Notes: generated by a model from the sequence alone, not told the origin. A stretch of 37,703 nt of DNA from Bdellovibrionota bacterium (GCA_044352465.1 JBILDU010000016.1:1-37703); one strand, 5' to 3'. Counted from the first letter of the stretch, positions 28,927 to 37,630 are shown. Numbers and translations are program-made.

Positions 28927-29373
28927 ATGTCTTTTTGGGGAAACGATGATTCACGGGCACGCGAGCTAGCCCAGCGCAAAGAAGAGGAACGCCGCCGAGC
29001 AGCCCAAGCTGAGAAGGCGCGTGCGGCAAAGGCCGCCGCTGCTCGAGCCGCCGCGAAAATCGAAGCACAAAGAAAGAAAGAGCTCAAAGCGGAACGCGAC
29101 GCTGAGGATAAGAAGCTCCGCGACGAGCTCGTCGAGAAGATGCTCAACGGGGGCAAGGACAAACGCGGGCCGTCAACTTTCCCGACCCTTAACAGAGGTT
29201 TCGGGGGTGATCGAGCCCAGCCAACAAACCAGCAACAATGCTTCCAACACCTGAAGAATCAACCCCACAACCAACCGAATAGTGCTGCACGCGAGGAGGC
29301 GAGCTCAAAGGAGGGCAATGGCGCCACCCCTCGCGGGGGTACCGGCCTCCCACCGCTCCGCCGCCCGTTCTAG
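28927..29373 (+). CDS. Charged coiled-coil/low-complexity hypothetical protein
   Basis: GGAGG RBS; Ala/Lys/Glu/Arg helix, then Gln/Pro-rich tail. Confidence 0.75.
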   Translation: MSFWGNDDSRARELAQRKEEERRRAAQAEKARAAKAAAARAAAKIEAQRKKELKAERDAEDKKLRDELVEKMLNGGKDKRGPSTFPTLNRGFGGDRAQPTNQQQCFQHLKNQPHNQPNSAAREEASSKEGNGATPRGGTGLPPLRRPF

Positions 29374-29492
29374 CTTACATGGAGCACGCTCGTGCCGTTT
29401 CGAGCCTCGTAAGGACATCGATCTAAGGGGGGACATTTTTGTGTAGGCCCCGCCGATCGTACTCCAAAGTCTCCACCAAGGGAAAAAGCCAA

Positions 29493-29525
29493 GTGAAAGA
29501 GGCCCCGATAAGGGGCCTCTTTCAC
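29493..29525. terminator. Probable bidirectional terminator hairpin
   Basis: GTGAAAGAGGCCCC-GATAA-GGGGCCTCTTTCAC between convergent genes. Confidence 0.8.
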
Positions 29526-29590
29526 GTCATTTGCGCCGAGTCTAGATCTCTTTCAGCACTGAGAGAGATCGCTCATTTACCGAAGAGTAA

Positions 29591-30397
29591 TCAATCGAAT
29601 TCCTTCGTGAGGTTCAAACCGAGCTTCTGCAGACGGTCATCAAACTGGACTGCCGTCAGGTTTGTAAACTTTTCCTTGCGCCAAATCCCTCCCATGCCCG
29701 GCGGGGGCTCATCGAAACAAATTTCACCAGAGTACCGTTCATCAACCTTATTATAATACACTCTTGTCGTATGGCCCTTGCTACAACCTGCCCCAGCTAA
29801 AACCATAGGTGGATTAACTTTCCTCGCCTTCTCCGCTACCTCTTTGGTTGCTTTTCTACCAAAAATCTTTTGAATAAGTTTCTTCCATCCCCCTACCCGA
29901 ATGAATCCACTCGGCGCCTCTCCTGGACGAAAGATGAGTTGGTTTACGCGCGGCTGAGGGGAGAACCTATCAAAAGTAACCGGGCTAAAGATTGTTCCGA
30001 GGACAGCAGAGATCATTGCGTAGGTAGGCGCGTCGTTAGAGGGGTTGTTATCGTGAGCAGCAAAGGTGTGACTAGCGGTGTGTAAGTCCGCTGGAGAAAT
30101 GAGAAAGCTTCGTTTCATGTTGTTCGGATCTAAGAGCACATCGAGCGTATTCTCCGTCACCTCGACGTCGATGCTGCCATTCCCATTGGCGCAATTAAGC
30201 GACACGAGCTCTTCTCCTGTAAACGTTGTAAAGATGAAGCCGCACACAATCGGCCCGTCGTCGTTCTTAAGCTCAAACACGAGGGCGTAGTCATCAATCG
30301 GTGAGGCATGCGCTATGTCCGCTCTAATCGTTACCGACAAAAAAAGAGGAAGGAGAAGCGTGATAAAAAACCTAAATGCCATATTTGCCACCTTCAT
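29591..30397 (-). CDS. Secreted hypothetical protein
   Basis: GGAGGA RBS before MKVANM; signal peptide (…IAHA); acidic beta-rich N-domain, basic C-domain starting GGWKKLIQKIFGRK. Confidence 0.8.
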   Translation of the reverse strand: MKVANMAFRFFITLLLPLFLSVTIRADIAHASPIDDYALVFELKNDDGPIVCGFIFTTFTGEELVSLNCANGNGSIDVEVTENTLDVLLDPNNMKRSFLISPADLHTASHTFAAHDNNPSNDAPTYAMISAVLGTIFSPVTFDRFSPQPRVNQLIFRPGEAPSGFIRVGGWKKLIQKIFGRKATKEVAEKARKVNPPMVLAGAGCSKGHTTRVYYNKVDERYSGEICFDEPPPGMGGIWRKEKFTNLTAVQFDDRLQKLGLNLTKEFD

Positions 30398-30430
30398 AGT
30401 TGTTCCTCCCATCCTCACCAAAACTAGTTT

Positions 30431-31090
30431 CTATTCCCCGCTCGATACCGGAGCGACCTCCGCGCTGCTACGGATTTCGCAATACTTCTTCCACTGGTCA
30501 CCACTTGGTGGACTCCATGCCCCAGCGTTCGAGCCTCTACAGTGCATGTTGTGGACATGAGTATCTTTAAGTGCGTCTAAACAGGTGCAACAAAACTTTT
30601 TGTGGAATATTCCCGCACGTGGCTGCAGATACTCGGCCGCTTCCTTTAAGCTTACTTTTACCGTGTCACCCTTGCTATTTCTGTATTCCTTCGGAGTTGT
30701 GATAGCGCCCGAATTAATCTCATTGCCAAGATAATTCCCAAGAGCGACCCACAGCTCGTGTGGAGTAAACCAGTCCGCTCCCCATAATGCCCAGTTGTCG
30801 CCACCGCCAAAGAGACCCTCCAAGGACAAATCGAATTCGGCACCTCCTCGATATTGCGCAATCAGATTATTCATCTGCGCGAGGGACGATGAGATATCTA
30901 TCCATGCTATGCCCTGATAAAGACAGCTCTCGGTATCAGTTCCTTTAGGCGCGTTCTTCAGCGCCTTTGCCGCCGTTCGAAATTTTGGAACCCAATCTTC
31001 GCGACTCTGTGCATAGCTTGGGTTTTCCCTAGCGACCAGAATCGTGAGGATAAAAATGACGGCTATTTGGAAGCAACTTAGTTTCATCAC
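30431..31090 (-). CDS. Secreted Cys/Trp-containing hypothetical protein
   Basis: Signal peptide (…PSYA-Q); CCTC, HVHNMHC; start overlaps the upstream stop. Confidence 0.8.
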   Translation of the reverse strand: MMKLSCFQIAVIFILTILVARENPSYAQSREDWVPKFRTAAKALKNAPKGTDTESCLYQGIAWIDISSSLAQMNNLIAQYRGGAEFDLSLEGLFGGGDNWALWGADWFTPHELWVALGNYLGNEINSGAITTPKEYRNSKGDTVKVSLKEAAEYLQPRAGIFHKKFCCTCLDALKDTHVHNMHCRGSNAGAWSPPSGDQWKKYCEIRSSAEVAPVSSGE

Positions 31091-31401
31091 GCATACTTAT
31101 CTATGAGAAGCTCAAGAAACGTTTCCACGCTTTCTCTAAAGAGCCTCATGTTATTCGGAGATGATTGCACCCATGATTCACAACCGGCGATTAATTTCCC
31201 TAACTCCATTGCCCTGTTCCTGGATTCGAGCGCTGAATCAGGATCACTCGGTGGTACCGTTATCAGGGGCAAAAGCTCACTTAGTGCCGCCCTAATAGTG
31301 TTAGCTGAACAGGTAGAGGTATCAGCCTCAACTCGATTCGGCGCCGCAACGTGGAGGGAGAGTACGAGCAGGGCGATGCCTAGAAGCTTTCTTAGACGCA
31401 T
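31087..31401 (-). CDS. Small secreted helical protein (two Cys)
   Basis: Likely start MRLRKLLGIALLVLSLHVAAPNRVEA signal peptide; first of a three-gene operon. Confidence 0.7.
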   Translation of the reverse strand: MRLRKLLGIALLVLSLHVAAPNRVEADTSTCSANTIRAALSELLPLITVPPSDPDSALESRNRAMELGKLIAGCESWVQSSPNNMRLFRESVETFLELLIDKYA

Positions 31402-31697
31402 AGACTCTCTTACCGAAGTTCCCTTACTGCTTCCTATCAACGGTGGTCGACGGCGCTCCCCATTGGGAGTTCCAGACGAAAGGGTATCCAAATTGGATTC
31501 ATAAGGTCTCCCCGTTTTGGTCCCAAGACCTTGATCGTCCAAAAAAAAAACGTTAGGAAAACCCGCTAAAGTGAGGCCAATATACGAAGATCTCGTAGGG
31601 TCAGGTGACCAAGGGTGCGTTACCGATACGGAGGCCGTGTCGCGCTAAGCTGGCGCCAGTATCGGAAATATTTCTCAATGGGTTACGAAGACCGTGT

Positions 31698-31870
31698 TGC
31701 CCTCTGTACCGGGGCTACTCGGGGCAGATAGAGGTATTTGGTGTGGGATGATGGAGCGCCCCTGGGCCAGCACCGTGCGGTATGGATAACCCCGGCGCGG
31801 GGTGGAATCGGATGGTCGTGTCCCGCTAGTACTGGTGCCAGGGGAGCAGTAGCCCCGGTACAGGGGAAAA
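31698..31870 (+). repeat. 173-bp inverted-repeat element (MITE/REP-like), copy 1
   Basis: TGCCCTCTGTACCGGGGCTACT...AGTAGCCCCGGTACAGGGGAAAA; 16-bp perfect subterminal inverted repeat; near-identical to four other copies. Confidence 0.95.
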
Positions 31871-31912
31871 TCCTGATGGTTTTATCGGTCGTTTCGTGAG
31901 GGCGATACTAGA

Positions 31913-32938
31913 TTAAAGTATCCGTACGCTCTTCCGCTCTAAGCTCCCGAGCAGAATCAGTCTCTCCCGGAGATTTTCCTTCTCCCGCTCGAGCTGGAGT
32001 AGTGCGGCTGGGCTCAGCTCTATCTTCCCCGCGATCGCGTTCTGAAGCGCCTCCCGAAACGGCTGGTTGTCGAGGTTCTCAGCGACGGTAAGAAATACGC
32101 CGCACCCCCCAGCCGCCATCGCACCGATAAAGTCCTTCCACCGGTCACCTCCAGAGATCCATCGATCGTGGGGGGAGAGTCCGAGCTTCGCTTTGGCGCG
32201 GATAAATCCATCCGGTTCAGGCTTTCCCTTCCCCGATGGCAGGTCGGAGGAATAGACCCGATATTCGATCGGAAGGTATCCGTCGAGTCCCAGCGCGGAG
32301 ATCTCAAGGTCGGCGCTCTCCTTCGGAGACCCGGTATAGATCGAGACCTTACCCCCCATCTTTATCGAGAGCTCCTTTACGAACTCGATCGCTCCGGCAA
32401 GCTCCTTAAATTCCCCGGAATCGATAAGATGCTTAAAGTGACCCCGGCGCAGATCTTTGTACACTCCGATGAATTCGTCATCGCTTATCGAGCGGCATCG
32501 CTCTGGGAGAGCCCCCTCCTCGCTCAGGATCGAGCGCACGATAAGGGACATCTTCGTATCGGCGTTTCCGAGCGCCTCTTTATTGATTCGCCGAACGATA
32601 GACATCGCGAGCCGAGCATCGGAAATCCCGGTCGATTCTCGGTAAAGCTCCTGCGCCGCGAGCATAATACACCGCACGATCGGGCGCTCACTATTGAGAA
32701 GAAACCCATCGAGGTCGAGGATAGCGCCCCGGTACTCGCTGGTGTTGACCTCGAACGGGGTCGTATGGATCTGGTAGTTTCCCGAATTCAGGATAGTGCG
32801 GTGAATCTTTACCTGGATATCGAGTTGGGTAGGCTGCGGTATACGGGCCGGTCCAAGTGCACCGAAATCGGGATCGAGATTGCTGTACGAAGCTGATTCG
32901 TCACGTGATTTTGTATGACTGTTGTCGAGATTAGCCAT
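31913..32938 (-). CDS. HAD-superfamily phosphatase (CbbY/beta-PGM-like) with N-terminal extension
   Basis: ILDLDGFLLNSE (motif I), YTGS (II), GKPEPD (III), GGDRWKD (IV); GGGGGAG RBS. Confidence 0.9.
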   Translation of the reverse strand: MANLDNSHTKSRDESASYSNLDPDFGALGPARIPQPTQLDIQVKIHRTILNSGNYQIHTTPFEVNTSEYRGAILDLDGFLLNSERPIVRCIMLAAQELYRESTGISDARLAMSIVRRINKEALGNADTKMSLIVRSILSEEGALPERCRSISDDEFIGVYKDLRRGHFKHLIDSGEFKELAGAIEFVKELSIKMGGKVSIYTGSPKESADLEISALGLDGYLPIEYRVYSSDLPSGKGKPEPDGFIRAKAKLGLSPHDRWISGGDRWKDFIGAMAAGGCGVFLTVAENLDNQPFREALQNAIAGKIELSPAALLQLEREKENLRERLILLGSLERKSVRIL

Positions 32939-33092
32939 CGTCTCCCCCCTCGCGAGCTGTGAACCACTGTGTCTGAGGTATTCCCCCTGTCTTCTGAAGA
33001 TCGCTCCAGGTATTACCCCCTACCCCACTCTGTTATGGTGTCGAACCGAAGAGCATTACCTCTGCCGCACCGATAATCCTCATAAAAAAGGC

Positions 33093-33283
33093 TGCCCTCT
33101 GTACCGGGGCTGCCCTCTGTACCGGGGCTACTCAGGGCAGATAGAGGTATTTGGTGTGGGGTGATGGAGCGCCCCTGGGCCAGCACCGTGCGGTATGGAT
33201 AACCCCGGCGCGGGGTGGAATCGGATGGTCGTGTCCCGCTAGTCCTGGTGCCAGGGGAGCAGTAGCCCCGGTACAGGGGAAAA
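33093..33283 (+). repeat. 173-bp element copy 2 (33111-33283) preceded by an 18-bp duplicate of its left end (33093-33110)
   Basis: TGCCCTCTGTACCGGGGC-TGCCCTCTGTACCGGGGCTACT...GGGGAAAA. Confidence 0.95.
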
Positions 33284-33288
33284 TCGAA

Positions 33289-33603
33289 ATGAATCAAATG
33301 GAAGGCGATCGCCGCACTCCTCGAATACCCGAAGAACGATTCAAGATCTCTTTTCAAGAGGCGCTTAGGCCAATAGACACAGACAAGATGCGGGAAGGTC
33401 TCCAACTGATGCTCGACGGAATGGGCGATATTCATCATGCCTGTGGTGGTGATGGAAAGTTCGAGATTGGGGAGATTAAATCGACGCCACAAGGACATCA
33501 CTCTATAGAGGTGATATTCCGGGGGCACTTAGGAAATATGCCAGCTCAGGAAATCTCAGAAGCAGTGCAGAAAGTATTTGAGGGTTGGAGTCGAAGAAAT
33601 TAG
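33289..33603 (+). CDS. Integron cassette gene, probably 5'-truncated by element copy 2
   Basis: Stop lies 5 bp before an attC; the frame is open back into the element; no cassette GTTRRRY start upstream. Confidence 0.6.
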   Translation: MNQMEGDRRTPRIPEERFKISFQEALRPIDTDKMREGLQLMLDGMGDIHHACGGDGKFEIGEIKSTPQGHHSIEVIFRGHLGNMPAQEISEAVQKVFEGWSRRN

Positions 33604-33608
33604 TTGCG

Positions 33609-33707
33609 GTATAACAATCAATTCCTGCCGAGAACCGGCGCGGCGATCGCTAGCGAACATGCGAATTGATTAACAGCGCCCGTTCCGGCAGAATTTAACC
33701 GTTATCC
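33609..33707 (+). mobile_element. Integron attC site 1
   Basis: GTATAAC...GTTATCC ends; arms AATTCCTGCCGAGAACCGGCGC / GCGCCCGTTCCGGCAGAATT pair with two extra-helical bases. Confidence 0.85.
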
Positions 33708-33717
33708 TCTCGATATT

Positions 33718-34023
33718 TTAGGCAGCTCGCTTTTGCTTCTTAGTCGGCGCGAACCGAAGCTGTATTCCCACTGCTTCGAGAATTGACGAAAGGCTTGAAA
33801 GCTTAGGATTCCCTTTCTTGGAGAGACTACGGTAAAGATTTTCTCGGTTAAGTTCAGTGGTTCGCGATAGGCCACCTATTCCACCGCGTGCCTCGACAAC
33901 ATCTCGAAGGCCAAGCAGGAACACTTCTTCAGAGTCCTCCAAGCATGCATTCAAATACTCCGCTGCTTCGCGCGGATCTTTAAGTTGTTTCAGCAGTTCG
34001 TCGTGATAACTTCTTGTTGGCAT
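33718..34023 (-). CDS. Addiction-module antidote (HigA-like HTH antitoxin, HI1420 type)
   Basis: LKDPREAAEYLNACLE...LRDVVEARGG...LNRENLYRSLSKKGNPKLSSL; GGAG RBS; overlaps the toxin 3' end. Confidence 0.93.
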   Translation of the reverse strand: MPTRSYHDELLKQLKDPREAAEYLNACLEDSEEVFLLGLRDVVEARGGIGGLSRTTELNRENLYRSLSKKGNPKLSSLSSILEAVGIQLRFAPTKKQKRAA

Positions 34024-34336
34024 TTTTATGCTCCTCCCAAAGTAGCTTTGCTTTTGTAATATCTCGGCTTTGAGTGCTCTTATCGCCACCACATAGCAGC
34101 ACTACTAAAAATTCACCTTGTTTGCCGAAATACACCCGGTATCCCGGCCCAAAAATGATTCGAAGTTCAAACACACCTCCACCAACGCCCTTGCAATCAC
34201 CAAAATTGCCAAGCTCGATTCGGTTTAGTCGGGCTCTGATAATAGCGCGTGCTTTAATATCCCGAAGGTCTGATAGCCATTCGGCGAACGGACTTTTTCC
34301 AGCCCGGCTTTCATATATTACTATCGTCCACTTCAC
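33980..34336 (-). CDS. RelE/ParE-family addiction-module killer toxin (HigB-like, HI1419 type)
   Basis: PFAEWLSDLRD...GNFGDCKGVGGGVFELRIIFGPGYRVYF...LLCGGDKSTQSRDI; GTG 34336 favoured as a leaderless start (TTG 34342 alternative). Confidence 0.93.
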   Translation of the reverse strand: MKWTIVIYESRAGKSPFAEWLSDLRDIKARAIIRARLNRIELGNFGDCKGVGGGVFELRIIFGPGYRVYFGKQGEFLVVLLCGGDKSTQSRDITKAKLLWEEHKNANKKLSRRTAETT

Positions 34337-34342
34337 ATTCAA

Positions 34343-34371
34343 ACTGTAGCTTTAAAGCTACGATATGTCAA
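34343..34371 (-). promoter_or_regulatory. TA promoter with palindromic operator
   Basis: Minus strand TTGACA-17 bp-TACAGT; perfect palindrome GTAGCTTTAAAGCTAC (34346-34361) overlaps the spacer and -10. Confidence 0.85.
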
Positions 34372-34396
34372 TTGAATAAATGGTGGCATTCTGAGA

Positions 34397-34452
34397 GGAT
34401 AACAACAAAATGGTGCCGAGCGCTTTGCGCCGGCTTATTTATGCCGTTAGCC
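34397..34452 (+). mobile_element. Integron attC site 2
   Basis: GGATAAC...GTTAGCC, 56 bp, arms GCCGAGCGC/GCGCCGGC; GAGAGGATAAC (34393-34403) is the exact reverse complement of GTTATCCTCTC (33701-33711), defining the TA cassette. Confidence 0.88.
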
Positions 34453-34485
34453 CGCAGGACTCATACATGGAAACCAAGACATACC

Positions 34486-35076
34486 TGACCTTGCCCCCTA
34501 ATTTGTACCAGCGATAAGTTGGCTTCTCCGATCAATTTCTCTCTTCAACCTCAGTTGTTCAGCCTCCCTGGGGGGTATACCCCCCAGGGAGGAATGCGGT
34601 CGTAGCCCATTGTATTCGTGCCGCCACTTTTCAATTTCCCGGGCAGCGTGGGCGAGACTGACGAACCAGCGGTCATTGAGACATTCCTGCCGAAACTTAT
34701 CGTTAAATGATTCGACGAATCCGTTCTCCATCGGGCGTCCCGGAGTAGTGAAGTGAAGTAGTACACCCCTCCGTTTTGCCCAAGCCCCAAGAGCAGCACC
34801 GCGGAACTCAAGCCCGTTACCTATCCGGAGTACTCGCGGAAGTCCTCGTGTTACAGTGAGGCGCTCCAGGACCCGAGTCACCCGCTCCCCGGGTATAGAG
34901 TGAGCTACCTCGATAGCGGGAGACACTCGGGAGGCATCATCGACGATAGTAAGGCACCGAAATGGACGACCATCTGTACACGCATCGTGTACAAAGTCCA
35001 TCGACCAGACATCGTTCGGCTTCTCTGGCTGCGGCAGCGGCACAGGACAGACAAGGAGCCGCTTCTTGCGTCTTTT
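34486..35076 (-). mobile_element. Truncated IS3-family element (right end plus C-terminal OrfB integrase core, 34498-35076)
   Basis: Terminal TGACCTTGCCCCC; KRRKKR...PNDVWSMDFVHD...IVDD...GNGLEF...PGRPMENGFVESFNDKFRQECLN...YN..RPHSSLG. The second catalytic Asp (DNG) reads GNG; the 5' part is cut at element copy 3. Confidence 0.92.
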
Positions 35077-35249
35077 TGCCCTCTGTACCGGGGCTACTCG
35101 GGGGCGATAGAGGTATTTGGTGTGGGATGATGGAGCGCCCCTGGGCCAGCACCGTGCGGTATGGATAGCCCCAGCGCGGGGTGGAATCGGATGGTCGTGT
35201 CCCGCTAGTACTGGTGCCAGGGGAGCAGTAGCCCCGGTACAGGGGAAAA
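35077..35249 (+). repeat. 173-bp element copy 3
   Basis: Same ends and length; a few internal substitutions (GGGGGCGATA, GATAGCCCCAGCG). Confidence 0.95.
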
Positions 35250-35278
35250 GGTCGTCCTCATACGTTCAGCGCCTATCA

Positions 35279-36268
35279 CTAGTAACTTTCGGGCGTAGTC
35301 TGTCCGCGATCTCGTAGTATATCATTACAGGCTGGGAGAATCCTGGGCCATCCGAGCTGTTCACACACTGCTGCACATGTTTCCTCCATAAAGGCGCAGA
35401 GAATATCAATCAGATCCAAAATGAGGGCAAAAATCCTCCCTCCGGGGGTAAGTGAGAGAATCAAGCTTATGATATCAAACAAGCACTGGTAGCCGTTGCA
35501 CTGGTGCGGCATTTCTATGCACGTAACGCAGTTGTTCCAAAAGTCTATTATCTGAATTATTCCGAGCCATTTTAGAACACGCTTGCCCCAACTGCTCTTA
35601 AGGAACCAGTTCCAGTAATCCTTCGTCTTCTCCCAAAGCCCCGGGGCCGGGCCTGCGACAGCGGATTGTATTGCCCCACCTGACCGGAGGCTATTCCCAC
35701 TGATGTTCCCGAGTCCCGCAGTCGCGACCGCAAGTGCCACCTTAACACAGCTAGCTTCTGCTTCGATCACCGCTGCTGATAAGCTTCCGCGCGACGGCCT
35801 ACCGCCGGTCAGTGCATAGACGTCCACCGTTAGAAAATGCACGACGTCGTGATTTTTCATTTCAGGCGGAGTGGTGCTGTGGAATCTGGTGGTGTTCTTC
35901 GTTAGCCATTCTCCCCAACGCTCTGAGCTCCAGTCTTCCTTCAGGCCTCTTTCAAATGGCACTGCTGCAAAATCTAAAAAATTAGCGACTACCCCACTTC
36001 GGGATTCGCCATTGACAGTCACGGCGCCGGATAGGTTAAAAGCCACCACTCCGCTAGAATAGACTGTGCAAGAAGCCTTGAGTGACTCAAGCTCCACGTT
36101 GGGTTTGCCTGCATGCTCTCCGACAGTACTCGGTTCGACTTGCGCTAAGGCACCGCGCGGGCTCACTATTAATGGGGTCGCAATCAGTCCGGCAAGCGCA
36201 AGCCCATGCAAGCTCGCCAAAATAGCCTCGCAGAAGATCTTTCGGACACTTTGGCTAGTCGATTCCAT
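35279..36268 (-). CDS. Secreted hypothetical protein with a Trp/Cys-rich hydrophobic C-terminal domain
   Basis: GGAGGGGAG RBS; signal peptide (…GALA-Q); GLWEKTKDYWNWFLKSSWGKRVLKWLG, then eight Cys among hydrophobic helices. Confidence 0.82.
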   Translation of the reverse strand: MESTSQSVRKIFCEAILASLHGLALAGLIATPLIVSPRGALAQVEPSTVGEHAGKPNVELESLKASCTVYSSGVVAFNLSGAVTVNGESRSGVVANFLDFAAVPFERGLKEDWSSERWGEWLTKNTTRFHSTTPPEMKNHDVVHFLTVDVYALTGGRPSRGSLSAAVIEAEASCVKVALAVATAGLGNISGNSLRSGGAIQSAVAGPAPGLWEKTKDYWNWFLKSSWGKRVLKWLGIIQIIDFWNNCVTCIEMPHQCNGYQCLFDIISLILSLTPGGRIFALILDLIDILCAFMEETCAAVCEQLGWPRILPACNDILRDRGQTTPESY

Positions 36269-36685
36269 GCTCCCCTCCCTCGCGTTTCAACTACATCCTC
36301 TAATTACTCGTAGTTGACGGCGGAATCGGCAAGATACTTGAGGAGTAGGCAATATTTCACCACTAAAGCTATGTTATTCGACGGATTTCCTTGGAGATTT
36401 ATCAGCGGCGCTGCCTCTACTGCTTCGTCCCCCTGTCTTGCCGTGGTCTGAGGTTTAAACCTTTTTAATAGGATGAGTGTACATCAGACCTTGGGTGTTT
36501 CAGGGGGTGTAGGGCCCTACGATGGAGTTTTGGCTCCATACACAGCCTGCTTTTGGGCCGATCGCTGCTCAAGAAGTGCGAGGCGCTTAAGTTTAGTGAC
36601 GCTCCTGACGAACTAATTTTTTGAACTGGGAACGAGGGGGGAATTTACCCCCGCTCGATTTTGCTTAAAAAAGGGGAGCTTGTGC

Positions 36686-37396
36686 ATGGTCCAAGCGTTT
36701 TCTTCGGTAAATCTCACTAGCTGCGCCCGTCGATACCTTGTGCTATGTTATGTCGCCACATTCGGCATGGCTCAACCTGCTTTGGCCTCGCCCACCCCAT
36801 CGAATACGGGCTTAACCGAGTCCTCATTGTCTCAAGAGACTGAGTCTCCGCAATATTGCCCGGGGGGATTTCCGGTTGACCCTAGCACTACTATCGAGTC
36901 CCTTGGTTATCAAATTGAATTAGGGTCTCCCAGTGCGTGGAGCCGTGATCGCTCAAATCCACCAGGCTATGGCAGATTCGTCTACGAACAGTCTTTCTTT
37001 GCCCCCGGCTACAATGATCAAGGCGGACGCGAATATGAACCATACGACGCTCCGTGGTTCAATGCAGCGGCCGACAGTACCATCAAGAATATCTGTAAGT
37101 GGGTAAAGAATGTATTTCGTTGTTTCAGAAAGGAGGAACCGCCCGTCATTACCCCTCCACCGACGAAGACTCCCCGTCAGATCGAAAGGGAGCGGGTGGC
37201 AGCTTGCAAAGCCGTTGGGACAGGAGCTTTAGCGAACTGTATAAGTTGTGCGTGCGCTAAGTGTGAGACCTATGCAGAGACATGGTACAACATCTGCATG
37301 GGTAATTGCATAATGACTGATGAGAATTTCAACTGCGTTCAAGACTGTCTCGCTGACAGAGCGAATGCCACTGCTGGCCTTGACCGTGCGCCCTAG
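36686..37396 (+). CDS. Secreted Cys-rich hypothetical protein
   Basis: AGGGGAG RBS; signal peptide (…PALA-S); IKNICKWVKNVFRCFRK; C-terminal CISCACAKC...CMGNC...CVQDC. Confidence 0.8.
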   Translation: MVQAFSSVNLTSCARRYLVLCYVATFGMAQPALASPTPSNTGLTESSLSQETESPQYCPGGFPVDPSTTIESLGYQIELGSPSAWSRDRSNPPGYGRFVYEQSFFAPGYNDQGGREYEPYDAPWFNAAADSTIKNICKWVKNVFRCFRKEEPPVITPPPTKTPRQIERERVAACKAVGTGALANCISCACAKCETYAETWYNICMGNCIMTDENFNCVQDCLADRANATAGLDRAP

Positions 37397-37457
37397 ATTG
37401 GTTTCAGTAATCGATGGCATCCCTCGAACTGGGAACCGCTTTATAATAGCCCTATGT

Positions 37458-37630
37458 TGCCCTCTGTACCGGGGCTACTCGGGGCAGATAGAGGTATTTG
37501 GTGTGGGATGATGGAGCGCCCCTGGGCCAGCACCGTGCGGTATGGGTAGCCCCGGCGCGGGGTGGAATCGGATGGTCGTGTCCCGCTAGTCCTGGTGCCA
37601 GGGGAGCAGTAGCCCCGGTACAGGGGAAAA
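37458..37630 (+). repeat. 173-bp element copy 4, flanked by a 13-bp direct repeat
   Basis: AATAGCCCTATGT at 37445-37457 and 37631-37643. Confidence 0.95.

Noticed and set aside
33013..33528. Minus-strand 171-aa ORF and other short ORFs crossing the repeats (CPLYRGY.. / PGTEG.. peptides)
   Set aside because: Translations of the repeat itself recurring at each copy, not independent genes.
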